A stretch of 64,000 nt of DNA from Mantamonas sphyraenae STR306 (lineage: Eukaryota > Protista > CRuMs). Below the pieces are notes generated by a model. The model was not told the origin of the DNA and did no database searches. It worked only from the letters and a program-made list of their open reading frames with translations. This document shows, piece after piece, positions 39,958 to 52,300 of the stretch. Numbering within the stretch: the first letter of the stretch is position 1; each line of letters starts with the position of its first letter. Position numbers and translations under genes: made by a program. The DNA lies in contig JAPMXV010000053.1 of NCBI GenBank assembly GCA_026936335.1, positions 310,001-374,000 of the forward strand, in the 5' to 3' direction.

Positions 39958-41531
39958 TCAACTGGTCTTGACCTTTGTTGGGTTGTGTGCAAGCTCGCCG
40001 TCCTTCCACAGCTGCACGCAGAGCCAGACGTAGAGGGCAGCAAAGTGGAGGAAGGAGACAATGGCATACAGGAGGGTGATTGCATCGGGATAGCGCACGG
40101 GTGGGGTCCAGACGATGTGAAGCACGTGTACGGCAAACATGGCCAGATGGGACAGGGCCCAGAGGAAGGAAGCCGGAGGGGATGGGGGCGACTGGGAGCG
40201 GGTGCGATTCCAGGCGAGGATGGAGTGCAGAGTCTGCAGAGCAATGTACGAGAGCAGTTGGTTGTCCTTGAGAAGGAGTGGAAACATGGAAAAGGCAGCA
40301 ACGGTGGAGGCGAGTGTAACGACCGTGGGGTGGTCGTGGATGAGCAGAGAGAGCGGTAGCGCGACAAGGAGGAAGCTCTTTTCGTGCACTTGAAAGGAAA
40401 ACAGGAAAAAGGCAAGCGCGGAGAGGGTGGAGGAGAGGCAGAGGGTGCGAAAGGTGGGTTTCCGTAGTGTGGCGATGCATGCCGGTAGGCAGGCCCCGAG
40501 GGTGCACAGCGTGGACAGGCGCAGCATCTGGGAGGTTTCCATGTGGTGCTTGAACTTGTACACCAAGGAGGCCACGCACCAGAAGTTGGCGACCTTGTCC
40601 TCAAAGAGGCCGCGTGCAACAGGAAACACGCGGTGGAGGACTTGATAAATAAGAGGCTGTGCGTGTTGGTCGCGATGGAGGAGAAATGGGCCCCACAGCA
40701 GGAGGAGGGTGGCGAGGGTGGCAGTGGCAATGGCCAGGAAGCGTGCATAACGCCCTTGGCCGAGGGAAACTCCAAGGAGGTGGAAGAAGAAGGGAAGGGC
40801 GTGGTAGAGACTCATCTGCTTGTAGGTGATGGCCGCAGCAAATGAGGCAGCACACAAAGCGTAGTGTGCACGCTGCGAAAAGTACAGGGCAAGCAGCGTC
40901 AGGCCGAGCGAGGCGTTGTTGTACTGAAAGTGGCCGTGGTCGATGAGGACGAGAGCAGGCTGGATGAGGATGAGAGAGAGGTCGAAAAGGGTAGTAGGCT
41001 TTCGGATGCACAGCTGCTTGCGGGCATGGAGAAGCAGGAGCAGCGCAGGCACAAACAGGAGCACATCGACAACGAGCACCGAACCGCGCATGAACGTCTT
41101 GTGCGACGGGCTTTCGTAGCCATGCGACGTGTCCAGGGCGACGGCATCGGGTTCAATGTAGGCCAGGCTGCGCGAGAGAGGAGCACGTGGACGCGTGTGT
41201 GAGGAATGTGAGGAATAGGAGGGCAGGCGTTCGGATTCAAAGAGCGAGGGAGGCAAAGCACGCACACTTTGCCCATGAGCCAGCTGTGATAAGCTGTGAG
41301 GGGCGGATAGTCCAAGCCCCAATATTGAAGGTTGTTGTGGGTGCCGTTCTGGTACCAGTGGGAAAGGGGTAGCTGGGAGGTGATCTCCATCCAGTGACGT
41401 TGCGCTTCAAAGTCACCGTACATGGGCGGGGTAGCTTGCCCCGAGTAGCCATGAAGCCCAACGGCTGCACGAATGGCCAATGCAGCCGCCACGATGGCCA
41501 GCGTGGCTACTGCGGTGCGGTTTTGGAGCAT
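39958..41531 (-). CDS. ALG6: Dolichyl-P-Glc:Man9GlcNAc2 alpha-1,3-glucosyltransferase
   Basis: [66 protein letters not shown]. Intron 41265-41168. Confidence 0.96.
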
Positions 41532-41625
41532 TGGAAAAAAAGGTCGAACTTGTGTTGGTTCAGAGGTTGCCGACGTGGCATCCAGCTTCTCTTCATTGCA
41601 GCCGGTGCGTGTTCTCTCTCTCTGC

Positions 41626-44600
41626 TCACGCAAACTCGACATCGCCCACAGCCATGCGAAGGCGTTCGCATGTGGCCGGGAACTGGAGGTCTGCAAAAGA
41701 GGCGTCGCCGAGCAGAGCCTCGCGAGCACGGTACACGGCATCCTTGGCGGCCAGGGCGACAGAGCCACCCAGGAAGAGGGGAGGCTCGCCGATGCCGCGG
41801 CTGCTGTGGATGGCAAACGGATTGTCGCTGTCCTCGAGCAATTCCACATTCATCTCGCGTGGCATGGAGCTTGCGCCAGGGACCTTGTAGGTGCCAGGAC
41901 CCTGCGTGTGCATCCAGCCGTCGCGGACCCAGGCATTCGCTTCGCGATCACCCATCACGATCTCCTCGGTGGTGAAAAGACCCATGCCCTGGGCAAAGGC
42001 GCCCTCAATCTGACCAACGTCGATAGCAGGATTGAGGGGCTTGCCCACATCCATCAGAATGGAGGTGGACAGAGCCTCGTGGGCTCCGGTGAGAACGTCC
42101 ACCTCAACCAGAGATGCGGCCACACCGGTGGTCCAGTACGCGTACAGTTCGCCCTCGTTGGTGTTCCAGTTGAAGGGCACAATGGGCAGCTTCCAGTAGC
42201 CCGAGGCGGCCAGGGAGACGCGATCAAAGTATGCTGTGTGGACAGCAGCCTTCCAGTCGCCGTTTTGGGCTTCCAGGTAGGGCTCCAGACGCTCTCGCAG
42301 CTGCTTGCAGGCGTCGAGAATGGCCATTCCGTTCAGATCGGAGCTCATACTGGCGGCCGTGGCCGAGGCATTCGGCACCTTGTCGGTGGCGGTCTCCATG
42401 ATGTGGACGACACTGAGATCAACGCCCAGAGCGTCAGCGGCCACCTGACACATCTTTGTGTGCAGGCCCTGACCGATTTCCACGCCACCGTGGTTGACCA
42501 ACACCGATCCGTCGCGGTAGATGAGCACCAGGGCACCGGCCTGGTTGAGGAACTTTTGACCAAAGCACATGCCGTAGCTGACTGGCAGCAGGGACACGCC
42601 ACGCTTTCGCCAGGTATGCTTGGTGTTGAACGCCTCGGCGTCCTCCTTCAGGGCTTCGTACGTGGGCTTAAGGCGCTCAAACATGAGGGGCACACGGTAC
42701 TGGGTCAGCTCCTGGCCGTATGTTGTGCTTTGGCCTTCCTTGGACAGGTTGCGCTCGCGCACGAGGGCCACATCGATGCCAAGGTCACGTGCAATGCGGT
42801 CCATGACCGACTCCATGATCATCAGACCCTGCGGGGCGCCGAAGCCACGGAAGGCTGTGTTGGACGGGCGGTTGGTGAGGCAGCAGCGACCTGCGATGCG
42901 GGCAGCCGGGATGTGGTATGCGTTTTCGGTGTGGGAAATGGCACGCTCCAGGACAGCGACGCTAAGGTCCATGCTGTGGCCGGCGTCGTTGTACAGCTGC
43001 ATGTCCAGGGCCTGCAGGACACCTTCGTCGTCGTAGCCGACGGTGTAGTTGCCCAGGAACGGGTGGCGGCCACCCGTGGTGGTCATGTCTGTGTCGCGGT
43101 CGAGCACGAGGCGCACCTTGGTGGCGTTCTTGACAGCGGCCACCGCCACGGCACAAGCCAGCGGCGAGTTGCGTGTCTCTTTTCCACCGAAACCACCGCC
43201 CAGGCGCTTGGCTGTGACCTTGACTTTGTTTGCTGGAACACCGAGCACATGGGACACCTCGAGCTGTGTGCCAGCCAGGCTCTGTGTGGTTGCCAGGATG
43301 TCCATCTCGCCATCTTCGCCCGGGGTGGCCAGTACCACGTTGGTTTCCATGTAGAACTGTTCTTGGCCACCCACACGTGTGGAACCCGACAGGGTGCGTG
43401 GCGCCTTGGCCAAGGCCTCCTCCACGTCTCCCTTGAGGATGCGGCGCTCCGAGTTGGGGATGTAGCTGTCCGCCGCAATGGCCTGGTCAATACTCAGCAC
43501 GGGCTCCTCGTCTTCATCGTACTCCACAACGACGGCACGTGCAGCGCGGCGAGCCAATGCGTGCGACTCGGCGATGACCAGGCCGATCCACTGGCCTACG
43601 TGTGTCACGCGTTCGCTAGCAAACACCTCTTCGTCCTGGACAACCTCGCCCGACGTGTTGTGGCCCGGAATGTCGGTGTGGTCCACAAAGTCCACCACAC
43701 CGGGGATGGCCAGGGCTTCGCTTGCGTCCACGCTGACGATGCGTGCCCGCGGACGGGTGGACTGCAAAGGAAAGGCGTGCAGCTCGCCATCCGTCAGAGG
43801 GTAGTCGTCTGCATACAGGGCCTCGCCTGTGGCCTGCTTGTAGGCCGCTGCATGCACCACGGGCTTGCGTACCTCGCTGAACCCTTCCTCGGACACCATG
43901 TAGATCTGGGCACTCTTGGTCGGCGTAGGCTCGTGCTCCTCCATGTCTGGATGCTCTTGCGTGCGCAGGAAGAACTTGTAAAGGAAAGCGGCTGCCAGGC
44001 GGCGACGGTATGGCACCATGCCTCCAGGTGCGTTGTCAGCCAGCGGCATGTCGGTGTCCAGCAACTCGATGGCTGCACGCACAGTCTCGATCGTCCAGGG
44101 CTGGCCCACCATGGCCTCGCCTGCACTCTTGGCCGTCATGACTGTGGCTGCCATGCCGCCGTACGCCAGCGTGGCCGCCGTCACGACACCGTCACAGACG
44201 GTGACGCGCATGCCCGCGCTCACAATGGCAATGTCGTCCTCCTTGCGCTTGGCCTGTTTGAAGTTGGCGAAATGATCGTTGGGTCCGGCCAGAGGCACCA
44301 GCACGCTGTGCAGCAGCTGGTTGGCCTTGAGGGCCGTCTTGCGGTACGACAGGAAAAACTCGCCCGAGGCCACATCTTCGACTTTGCCGTCGGTGTCGAT
44401 GAGGCGGAATGTGGCGCCTGCGGCCACGAGGAGAGGGATCAGATCACTGATGGGCGACGCTGTGATGATGTTACCTCCGATGCTGGCCATGTTGCGCACC
44501 TGGTTGCCTGCAAACCAGCGCAGCTGGTCGGCAATGGCCGCAGCCACCGAGTCCTCGCGAAGCTCTGTCTCCAGGTACGACTTGAGCGTGCTGAGGGTGG

Positions 44601-45706
44601 TGGCACTGCCAATGGTCAAGGTCGAGTCGGCATGCGACAGCTCCTGCAACTCTGGGATGAGGACCGGGTGAGCAAACGCAACCACGTGCGAGCCCTTGAT
44701 CTTGGTCTCAATGCCCATCTCTGTGTTGCCCATCACAATGCGCAGGGCATCTCCATGCTCGGCACGCAGGGCCAACAGCTCATCAAGCGATGCCGGGCGG
44801 TACCAGGTGGTCGTCTGTGTGGACGGCGACTTTGAAGTGATCGCCAGCGAACCGCGGACGCGAGTACGCAGAGCCGTGGGGAAGATGGGTTCCGATTGGG
44901 TCGAAGTCGATGAGCTCTCTTCTGTCGACGAATCATCCTTCTTGCAGCAACCGCCGTCGGACGAGCAGCCGGAGCAGCCCGACGAGGAGGAAGCGGACTG
45001 CTGCTCTTTTTCTTTGCCACCACAGCACCCGCCCTCTGACGCTCCCTTGCCACCACAGCATCCACCCGAAGAGCCACCCGACGAAGAGCAGCAAGAGCCC
45101 GCATAGTCACTTGCGAACGGCTTGTATGCCTCGAGGATTGGACGATAGCCTGTGCAGCGGCAAATGTTGCCTGTGGGTTTGCGTGCGCGATTCGTGTGAG
45201 TGCACGTACGGCGTGTTCCCGACACCTTTTAGCACAAAAACACGCTGAGGGAACAAGTGCAAGTGGCAGTTGGGGCGTCACCTACCATCAAGGGCGGACT
45301 CGAGGTCCATCATTGTGGCGTTGGGGTTGTTTCGCAAAGTGGCGGCAATCGACATCACAATTCCCGGGGTGCAGAAGCCGCATTGGCTCCCATGGGCATC
45401 TGCAATTGCCTTTTGCAACGGGTGCATTCCCTTGGCGATCGATCCCAGCCCTTCAATTGTGATGATGGCGCATCCTTCGACGGCCCACACCGGGGTCAAA
45501 CATGCGTTGCAGGAGCGGTTGAGGACGGTGGACGTTTCATGGTCAAACGTCTGCAGCATGACACTGCATGCACCACAACCACCTTCGCCACATCCTAGCT
45601 TGGTCCCCACAAGGCGCACAGAGCGCAGAAACTCTAGCAGCGTGGTGGAGGGCTCAGTGTTCGACAGGTCGTATTCCTTGCCATTTACGTAAACGGAAGC
45701 GGACAT
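41626..45706 (-). CDS. XDH: Xanthine dehydrogenase/oxidase
   Basis: [61 protein letters not shown]. Intron 45285-45171. Confidence 0.96.
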
Positions 45707-45738
45707 TTTTGGGATTCCTGAATGTGTGTGGTTCGCTA

Positions 45739-46923
45739 CGATTCTGCATGGGTGTGAGTTGGCGGTGGTCGGACTGGTGCTGGATGGATGGCATTGTGCG
45801 TACGAGTGACAAGTTCTTGGCTGCGCGTGCGCAAGCAAACCCGAACCTGTTCGTTGATCAGTGGGGCAGAGTGTGGCTTGAGAGTGTCTCGTGTGGGAGC
45901 GTGTGGACTGTGGGAGCGTGGGCGTGAGGTGGGAAGAGATGTGCTTGGGAGTAGGGGTGCGTGTGTGGGTGGTTGAAGTTGGTGGAGTTGGGCAGGTGTG
46001 CATGGGTGTATGGGGATAGATGGGGATGAACAGGGAGGAGGAGGAGAGGGATGGGAGGGGTGTAGCGGGTATGGAGAGGAGAATGTGGATGTGGGATGTG
46101 TGTGGAAGGCATGGATGCGGGTGGAAGTGGTCGAGGGGAATCTAGCCGTTTGTGCAGGCGAGGGGAGTGAGGAGCTAGAGTGAGGGGACACTGACACAGG
46201 AGGGCACTGGGATGGGACGTGGATGTGTGGACGACCGACGTGGACAGGTAGCAGAGGATGAACATGGAAATTGATCATGTGTACACAAAGGCGAGGCGTG
46301 CGTTTGGTCGGCAGCTGTTCCTCACGGACCGTGCAGCTGTGGTGAACTGCGACATCCAACCGGACGGGGAGCTGAACAACGAGTTTGTTGTGGTGAACCC
46401 GCGGGAGGTGGGGATCCAGTGTGCGCCAGAGATGTCTGTGCACGAGGTGGGGACGGAGGAGCGAGAGACAAAGAACCACGGGGTGTTGCACGAAGAAGGC
46501 GGGTGGCCAGCGACGGTGGACTACACGGACAAGGAGATGACGAAGCGGTACAGGCGGCATGAGGAGAAGAACGAGCAGTTTATCAGCGCGATGCGGCAGC
46601 TGGGGGACTCGACAGAGAAGTACCTGAGGCAGAACATCAGTGTGGACATCTACGAGGAGTTTTTCAGCGACGGGTACGGGGAGATGGCGAGCGAGAGCCC
46701 GTCGGCAAAGAACATTGCGTTCTTCCGGTAAGTTTTTGTGAGGTTGGGGGGAAAGATGGGGTGCGGGGGGTGTGGAGGAAGGGGCAAGGGGATGGGGATG
46801 GTGTGGGTGGAGGGTGGAAGAGAGAGAGGGGAGGGAGGAGGATGGCGGGAAACGGGCGGGGGAAGGAGAGGGAGTGGTTGGTGAGGAAAGGGGTGTTTGA
46901 GTGGATGGACATTGACACAAAGG

Positions 46924-46966
<43 letters not shown>

Positions 46967-48449
46967 CAGGGATCCGAACGAGATCCCGAGGACGGCGTGC
47001 ACGATCTCGTGGGAACCAGAGAGCACACGGAAGCTTGCGGTTGCGTATTGCATCATGGAGTTTCAGCAGATGCCGATGGGGGTGTCGCTGAGCTCGTACA
47101 TCTGGGACATTGACAACACAAACTACCCGGACAAGGAGCTGATACCGCCGTCGCCGCTGTGCTGCCTGGAGTACAACCCGAAGGACCCGACACAACTTGT
47201 GGGAGGCGGGTACAACGGAGTGGTGTGCTGGTTTGACACGAGGAAGGGAGCAAAGCCTGTGCACCACAGTGCGATTGAAAAGTCGCACCAAGACCCAGTG
47301 TACAAGGCGCTGTGGGTGAAGAGCAACGCCAACGAGTTTCTGTCTGTGTCGACAGACGGAAATGTGTTTTACTGGGACACGCGTAAGCTGTCTGAGCCTG
47401 TGTCGACGTTGCAGCTGAATCCGCTGGGGAACGATGCGATTCTTGGAGGAGTGACGGTGGACTACGATGCAAGCCTGCCGCACCGATTCCTTGTGGGAAC
47501 GGAGCAAGGGCAGGCGCTGCTGTGCAACATGCGTGCAAAGTGGGTTGTGAGAGGAAGAGAGGGAGTGTGTGAGAGGAAGAGAGAGAGTGTGAGGGGGGAG
47601 TTGGAGAAGAGAGAAGCTGACACGGATGAGGACACCACACGGCACACGGCACACGGCACGGGACGGATGCAACGCAGGACACCGCAAGACATCATTGAAC
47701 GGCAGTATGCGGGACACCACGGACCTGTGTATGCAGTGCAGAGGAAGCCCGGGTTCTCAAAGTACTTTTTGACGGTGGGAGACTGGACGGCACGGATCTG
47801 GCACGAAGACCTGCCGGAGGCGCCGATCATTACGACACGGTACGACAGCACGTATCTGACGGACGGATGCTGGAGCCCGACGCGACCAGGAGTGTTCTTT
47901 ACGTCGAAACTGGACGGGACACTGGACGTGTGGGACTACTTGTACAAGCAGAACGAGCCGATCCTGCCGATTCCAAAGGTGTCTGGGTCTGGATTGCACT
48001 GTTTGCGAGTGACGAACGATGGACAGTTTGTGGCGTGTGGTGGAAAGGACGGATCGACGACTGTGTACGAGCTGTGCAGCAGCCTGTACAAGCCGCAGCC
48101 GAACGAGCTGCAGAGCATCCGAAGCATGTTTGAGCGTGAGGTGAAGCGGGAGAAGAACCTGCGTGAGCGGCGACAGAAGGAGGCGTACAGCCGGCAACGA
48201 CGACAGGAGAGCAGTAGCTCGTCGACGAAGAAGGAAGATGTGCCTGAGAGTGTGCTGAAGGCTGTGGAGGACGAGTTCTGGGAGATTGTGAGGAGCGAGG
48301 GGCAGAACGAGGAAGGGATGAACGCAGGAGAGACGGAGCACTCGTCGTCGTCGGCAGGGACGCTGAACACGCAGGGGAGCGGAGGGAGCAACAACAGCGA
48401 TGGTGAAGATGTGCAAATCGAATGAATGAGTTGCATTGAGACTACACAG
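45739..48449 (+). repeat. ~2.7 kb direct repeat, copy 2
   Basis: Aligns with 37247-39950; scattered substitutions and microsatellite length differences. Confidence 0.95.
46258..48425 (+). CDS. DNAI2: Outer-arm dynein intermediate chain 2, copy 2
   Basis: Near-identical to copy 1. Introns 46728-46969 and 47540-47677. Confidence 0.94.
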
Positions 48450-49209
48450 CAGCTTGGTCGCGTGCGCGGCGTCGTTGCTCAGCAAGGACAGCGACGCGCA
48501 GCTGTACAGCGAGCAGAAAGACGATGAGACGCATGAGAACAAGCCAGCGGAATTGAATGAATGCGGTGACGGCGACCGAAATGCCTTCCAGAGCAATAAA
48601 CAGGGTGAGGGAAGGAACGTGCGCACGGCGCACGGCAACGAGGCCAAACAGGTCCAGAAGTAGATTGTAGCAAAGGTTAAGCGTCTGAAGCAGGGCCGTC
48701 TGCTCGAATGCGTCGGATGTGGTGACCAGGAAGAGGAGCGACACGTAGAAAATGTCCAGGACCAGGAGGAAAGAAAGAGTGCGTTTCTGGCGCATAATCA
48801 ACGCCAAGCGGAAGGTGCGAGACGCCGGACGCAAGCGGTCTAGGCCGTCAAAGTTGGTGTGTTCCATCAGTTGGTTAAACACCTGCTCCTCCTGGGCAGC
48901 TTCGCGCTCAGCCTGCCGCTCTTCCCAGCCCACAGGCTTTGTAATTTGTGCCACGTAGAGAGAGCCGTCGGGAGCTTGTGCCAGGTACTGGTGGCCCTCT
49001 GCGTTGACAGGTTCCACCCGCGTCGGCTTCTTTACAGGCCAATCTGCATGGCACTCGGGCACTTGCGATTTGTACACCTTGGCTATGGCCACGGGGGCTC
49101 CAGCTCCGTCAGCGCAGTCTCCTGCACCCCCGCCGCGCGCCGGCACGGGTACATCACTCACTGTCAGGGCCACCTCGTCATCCTCCTCCTCCAGCTTTGC
49201 GTACGACAT
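48442..49209 (-). CDS. Uncharacterised small membrane protein (about 4 TM, C-terminal half)
   Basis: Clean ORF from MSYAKLEEEDDEV with hydrophobic segments; fills the gap between its neighbours exactly. Confidence 0.7.
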   Translation of the reverse strand: MSYAKLEEEDDEVALTVSDVPVPARGGGAGDCADGAGAPVAIAKVYKSQVPECHADWPVKKPTRVEPVNAEGHQYLAQAPDGSLYVAQITKPVGWEERQAEREAAQEEQVFNQLMEHTNFDGLDRLRPASRTFRLALIMRQKRTLSFLLVLDIFYVSLLFLVTTSDAFEQTALLQTLNLCYNLLLDLFGLVAVRRAHVPSLTLFIALEGISVAVTAFIQFRWLVLMRLIVFLLAVQLRVAVLAEQRRRARDQAAV

Positions 49210-49340
49210 CGAGCGTGGCGGGAAGGGAGGTGCAGGTGAGGTTGGCACCGAGCGCGTCCGCAAACAACAAACTACTCCTTTTTCTGGGTGCCAACTCCTT
49301 CCCAACCGTCGATCCACTCGCGTCGCTGTGCACGATTGTC

Positions 49341-52300
49341 ATGTCGACCTCGGGTGGACCTACGGAGAAGATCCGGAATGTGCTCTTTGGCGAGTTTGCC
49401 CACTTGCTCAAGCCGGACTTTTCCTTCTGCGACTCGCACACCGAGCGCCAGTACCTGATTTACAAGTATTCAGCAACGCGGCTGTTGTTCTTTGTGCGTC
49501 TCTCCATCGCTGGCTCCATTGCTCTAGCTGTGTTTGGACTCGAAGAAGCCGGCAGCGTCCCGCACCTGCTGTGGTTTCTCTTGCCCATGCGTGTTCTCTG
49601 CATCGGCATTGCCCTGGTGTGTGGCTGGTTGTGTTGGGATTTTCTCAAGCGGCTTCGCTCTGGCAGTGCCGCGGAAAACTCGGCAGAGGCGCTCCGATTG
49701 GCGCGCCGGAACGAGCGCTTTTCTGTGTTCACATGGCTATCCTGATCGTGCTCGTGCGCACTATGCAAGTCAGCCGCGCCGACCAAATTCTCTCCGACGG
49801 GCTGTGGCTGCTCATCTGGTGTGTTTGCATCTCCCTGAGCGTGGACGTGAAGTATTCGCGGAAGATTGCTCCCATTGCCGTCGGCTACCATTTTCTCATC
49901 CAGGCCGTGTGGCCCGGAGCTCTTCGGGCCACTGCAGGCTCTGCCATTACTGCCCTCATGAACTACGCCACAGCCATCATGGCCATGATGCTGCTGGAAC
50001 GGCAGCAGCGCATCATCTTTTTGCAAGCGTACAAGGCTGCGTCGAAACTGGACGAAAATCGCACTCGCGTGGCACGTGCCACCTACCTTGCACATGGGTT
50101 GGACCTTTCACAGCTTCCGCCGCGTCACCACGAGGAGCTCACGGACGTGCTCTTTGTGCGTGTGAACGGGGCCGCGCTGAGTGACGTGAGATCGGTGCAA
50201 AACGTGCTGCAGGACACGTGCCAAGTCCTCACCTGGACCCACGACCGCAGCGGCTCCACGAGCATCATTGGTTTTGTTTCGCGCGGTATGAGTGGACGCA
50301 AGGCCATTGAATCCACGTTGCACCTTGTGGAGGTGTGGAAGGTTGTCTCTGAGCAGTGGGCCGTCTTTTCTCCGTTCGGCGTACTTCTGCACACACAGGA
50401 TGCCTGTCTGGTCGTCAATGTCTCTCAACAGTACATGAACGGTGTGCAACTGACGTATTCCCAAGGGGGCGCGTTCGATCTTTCACGACCTCTGGGTGCA
50501 CCTGGCCACTGTGGACGAACACAACTCTGCACATGCAGCGAAGGACACATCTGAGGCAGAGTCTCAGGACACCTTGAATGACACTGCGGCTACAGAGCCG
50601 TCCACAAAGGCGTTGCGAACTCACTGTCCGCGTGCGTTTGCGGAAATTCTGGACTCGCCTGTTTGCGAGGAGTCGGTGCAGCAAGTGACCATTGTGGAAC
50701 AGGAATCCACATCGGAAACTGACATGCTTGTGGTGGACGTATTGCCGACAAGTGCTCAGGTGCTGGAACACAGAATGAGCGATCGTCAGGCGCTCTCCAA
50801 GGCGAGGAAAGCACGTGAGGCTTTCCATGCACCGTCAACCACTGCGCTGGCGGTCTCTGAACGCACAGAAGAGTGGATCAAGTCCAATCTGACGCTCACG
50901 CGGCACGGTCGCAACTTTCGCTCGCGGCAGCTGGAGCTGGATTTCACGCACACCGTCGCTCAACGGAACACGGGCATTGTGCAGCTTCTCACAGTGGCAT
51001 TTATGCTCACACATATGTTTTTGGCCCTGCAGGACGTGTTCTTTCTCACCGGCAGCGCGCAGTACCTTGTGGTGTTCCGCTTGGGCATCGGCGTGCCCGT
51101 GTTTGTCATCACGTACACCTTCACCCTCTCCAGTGTCTTTCGTCAGCATTACCAGACCATCCTGGCAGTGAGCACCTACTTCATTCTGTTGTGCTTCTGC
51201 TGCATGCTCATCACGATCTACATTCTCGGGACTGGACGGAGACACTCAGGCCACGTACAAGATCTACTTCATGCGCGCAGTGATCAGCGGCGCGTCATCC
51301 TTTGCACTCAAGTCCTACTTGCTGTCTGCGACTTCGTTCGCTGCTCTCATTTCGTACGTGCTGATCTCCCTCGCCGTGTGACCCCTCCCGACGTGTTCTT
51401 CTTTGTGACATCTGCGCTGCTCGTGCTGATTGTGCACACGGTCGCTTCGAAGCTGGAGGTGAACCTGCGCATGTCCTACATGACCAGCAGGGTCATCTTG
51501 TCGTTGGACAGGCACATGCACATCATCGACGCCATGGTGGGCGTCCGTGCGTCCGCAAGCGACCTCGTCGACCTTGCGGCCATGAAGGCACGTGTGGTTG
51601 AAGAAGAGGAAGCTGCAGCACAGCAAAAGGGACACAAGAAGAAACACGCGCCCAGCAGCGTCGAGGATGTCGAATTGGAGGCCATGCGTCGCGACTCCTC
51701 CGTGACCGAAGAGATGCTTCGCGCCGGGGGCGCAAGCGGAGATCCGCTGCGTCCATTGTACCTCGAGCAGCAGGCAACTGGCAAGGAGATCTCGCGCCTG
51801 CCGTCGCTTCTGCAGGGTGGATGTCTAGAAGTGCATCCGAGCACGGCTCTGAACGCATGCGCTCTCACATTGCATACCGACGAGTACGTGCCTCCCGTGC
51901 CCATGTTGGACTTTCTGTTGGACTCGATCTCTGTCATGATGAGCCACGGCGAGGCGGAAAGGGTGGTGCAAAGTGGCGAGAGCGTCATGCAACACGGCAG
52001 GGAACTGCGCGACCCTGGCTTTGGCCTGTGCAGCGCTGCAAGCGCAGATGGAATCATGTTTCATTGCACGCTGGACAGTCGCGTGATTCTGTGGTTGCCA
52101 TGCAAGACCGTGCTTGCAGATGGAGACAACGACGTAGACACGGACCACCTACAGGGGCACCACCTGTCCAAGGTGGCCCGTGAGGTGTCCATGACACAGG
52201 ACAGCATCAAGCGTCAGATGCTGTATGCAATGTTTGCGCAGCTGCGGACGCCGGCAGAAGCAGCCACAACTCTTTTGCGGTTTGCTTGGCGGTACCTCTA

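Noticed and set aside
41473-44835. 1120-aa plus-strand ORF (and similar long ORFs, e.g. 11392-13695, 1916-2953)
   Set aside because: Antisense shadows of XDH and other real genes, expected with high-GC codon usage; no motifs.
44935-45105. Cys/Gly-rich metallothionein-like stretch in XDH
   Set aside because: It is the variable CCGG-containing linker between the Fe-S and FAD domains, common in eukaryotic XDHs.
28195-45706. TDO2 + XDH as a pigment or catabolic gene cluster
   Set aside because: Separated by unrelated genes; no other pathway members nearby.
37247-48449. Direct repeats as LTRs or a composite transposon
   Set aside because: The repeats are a host gene with introns; no transposase, RT, integrase, TIRs or TG..CA ends.
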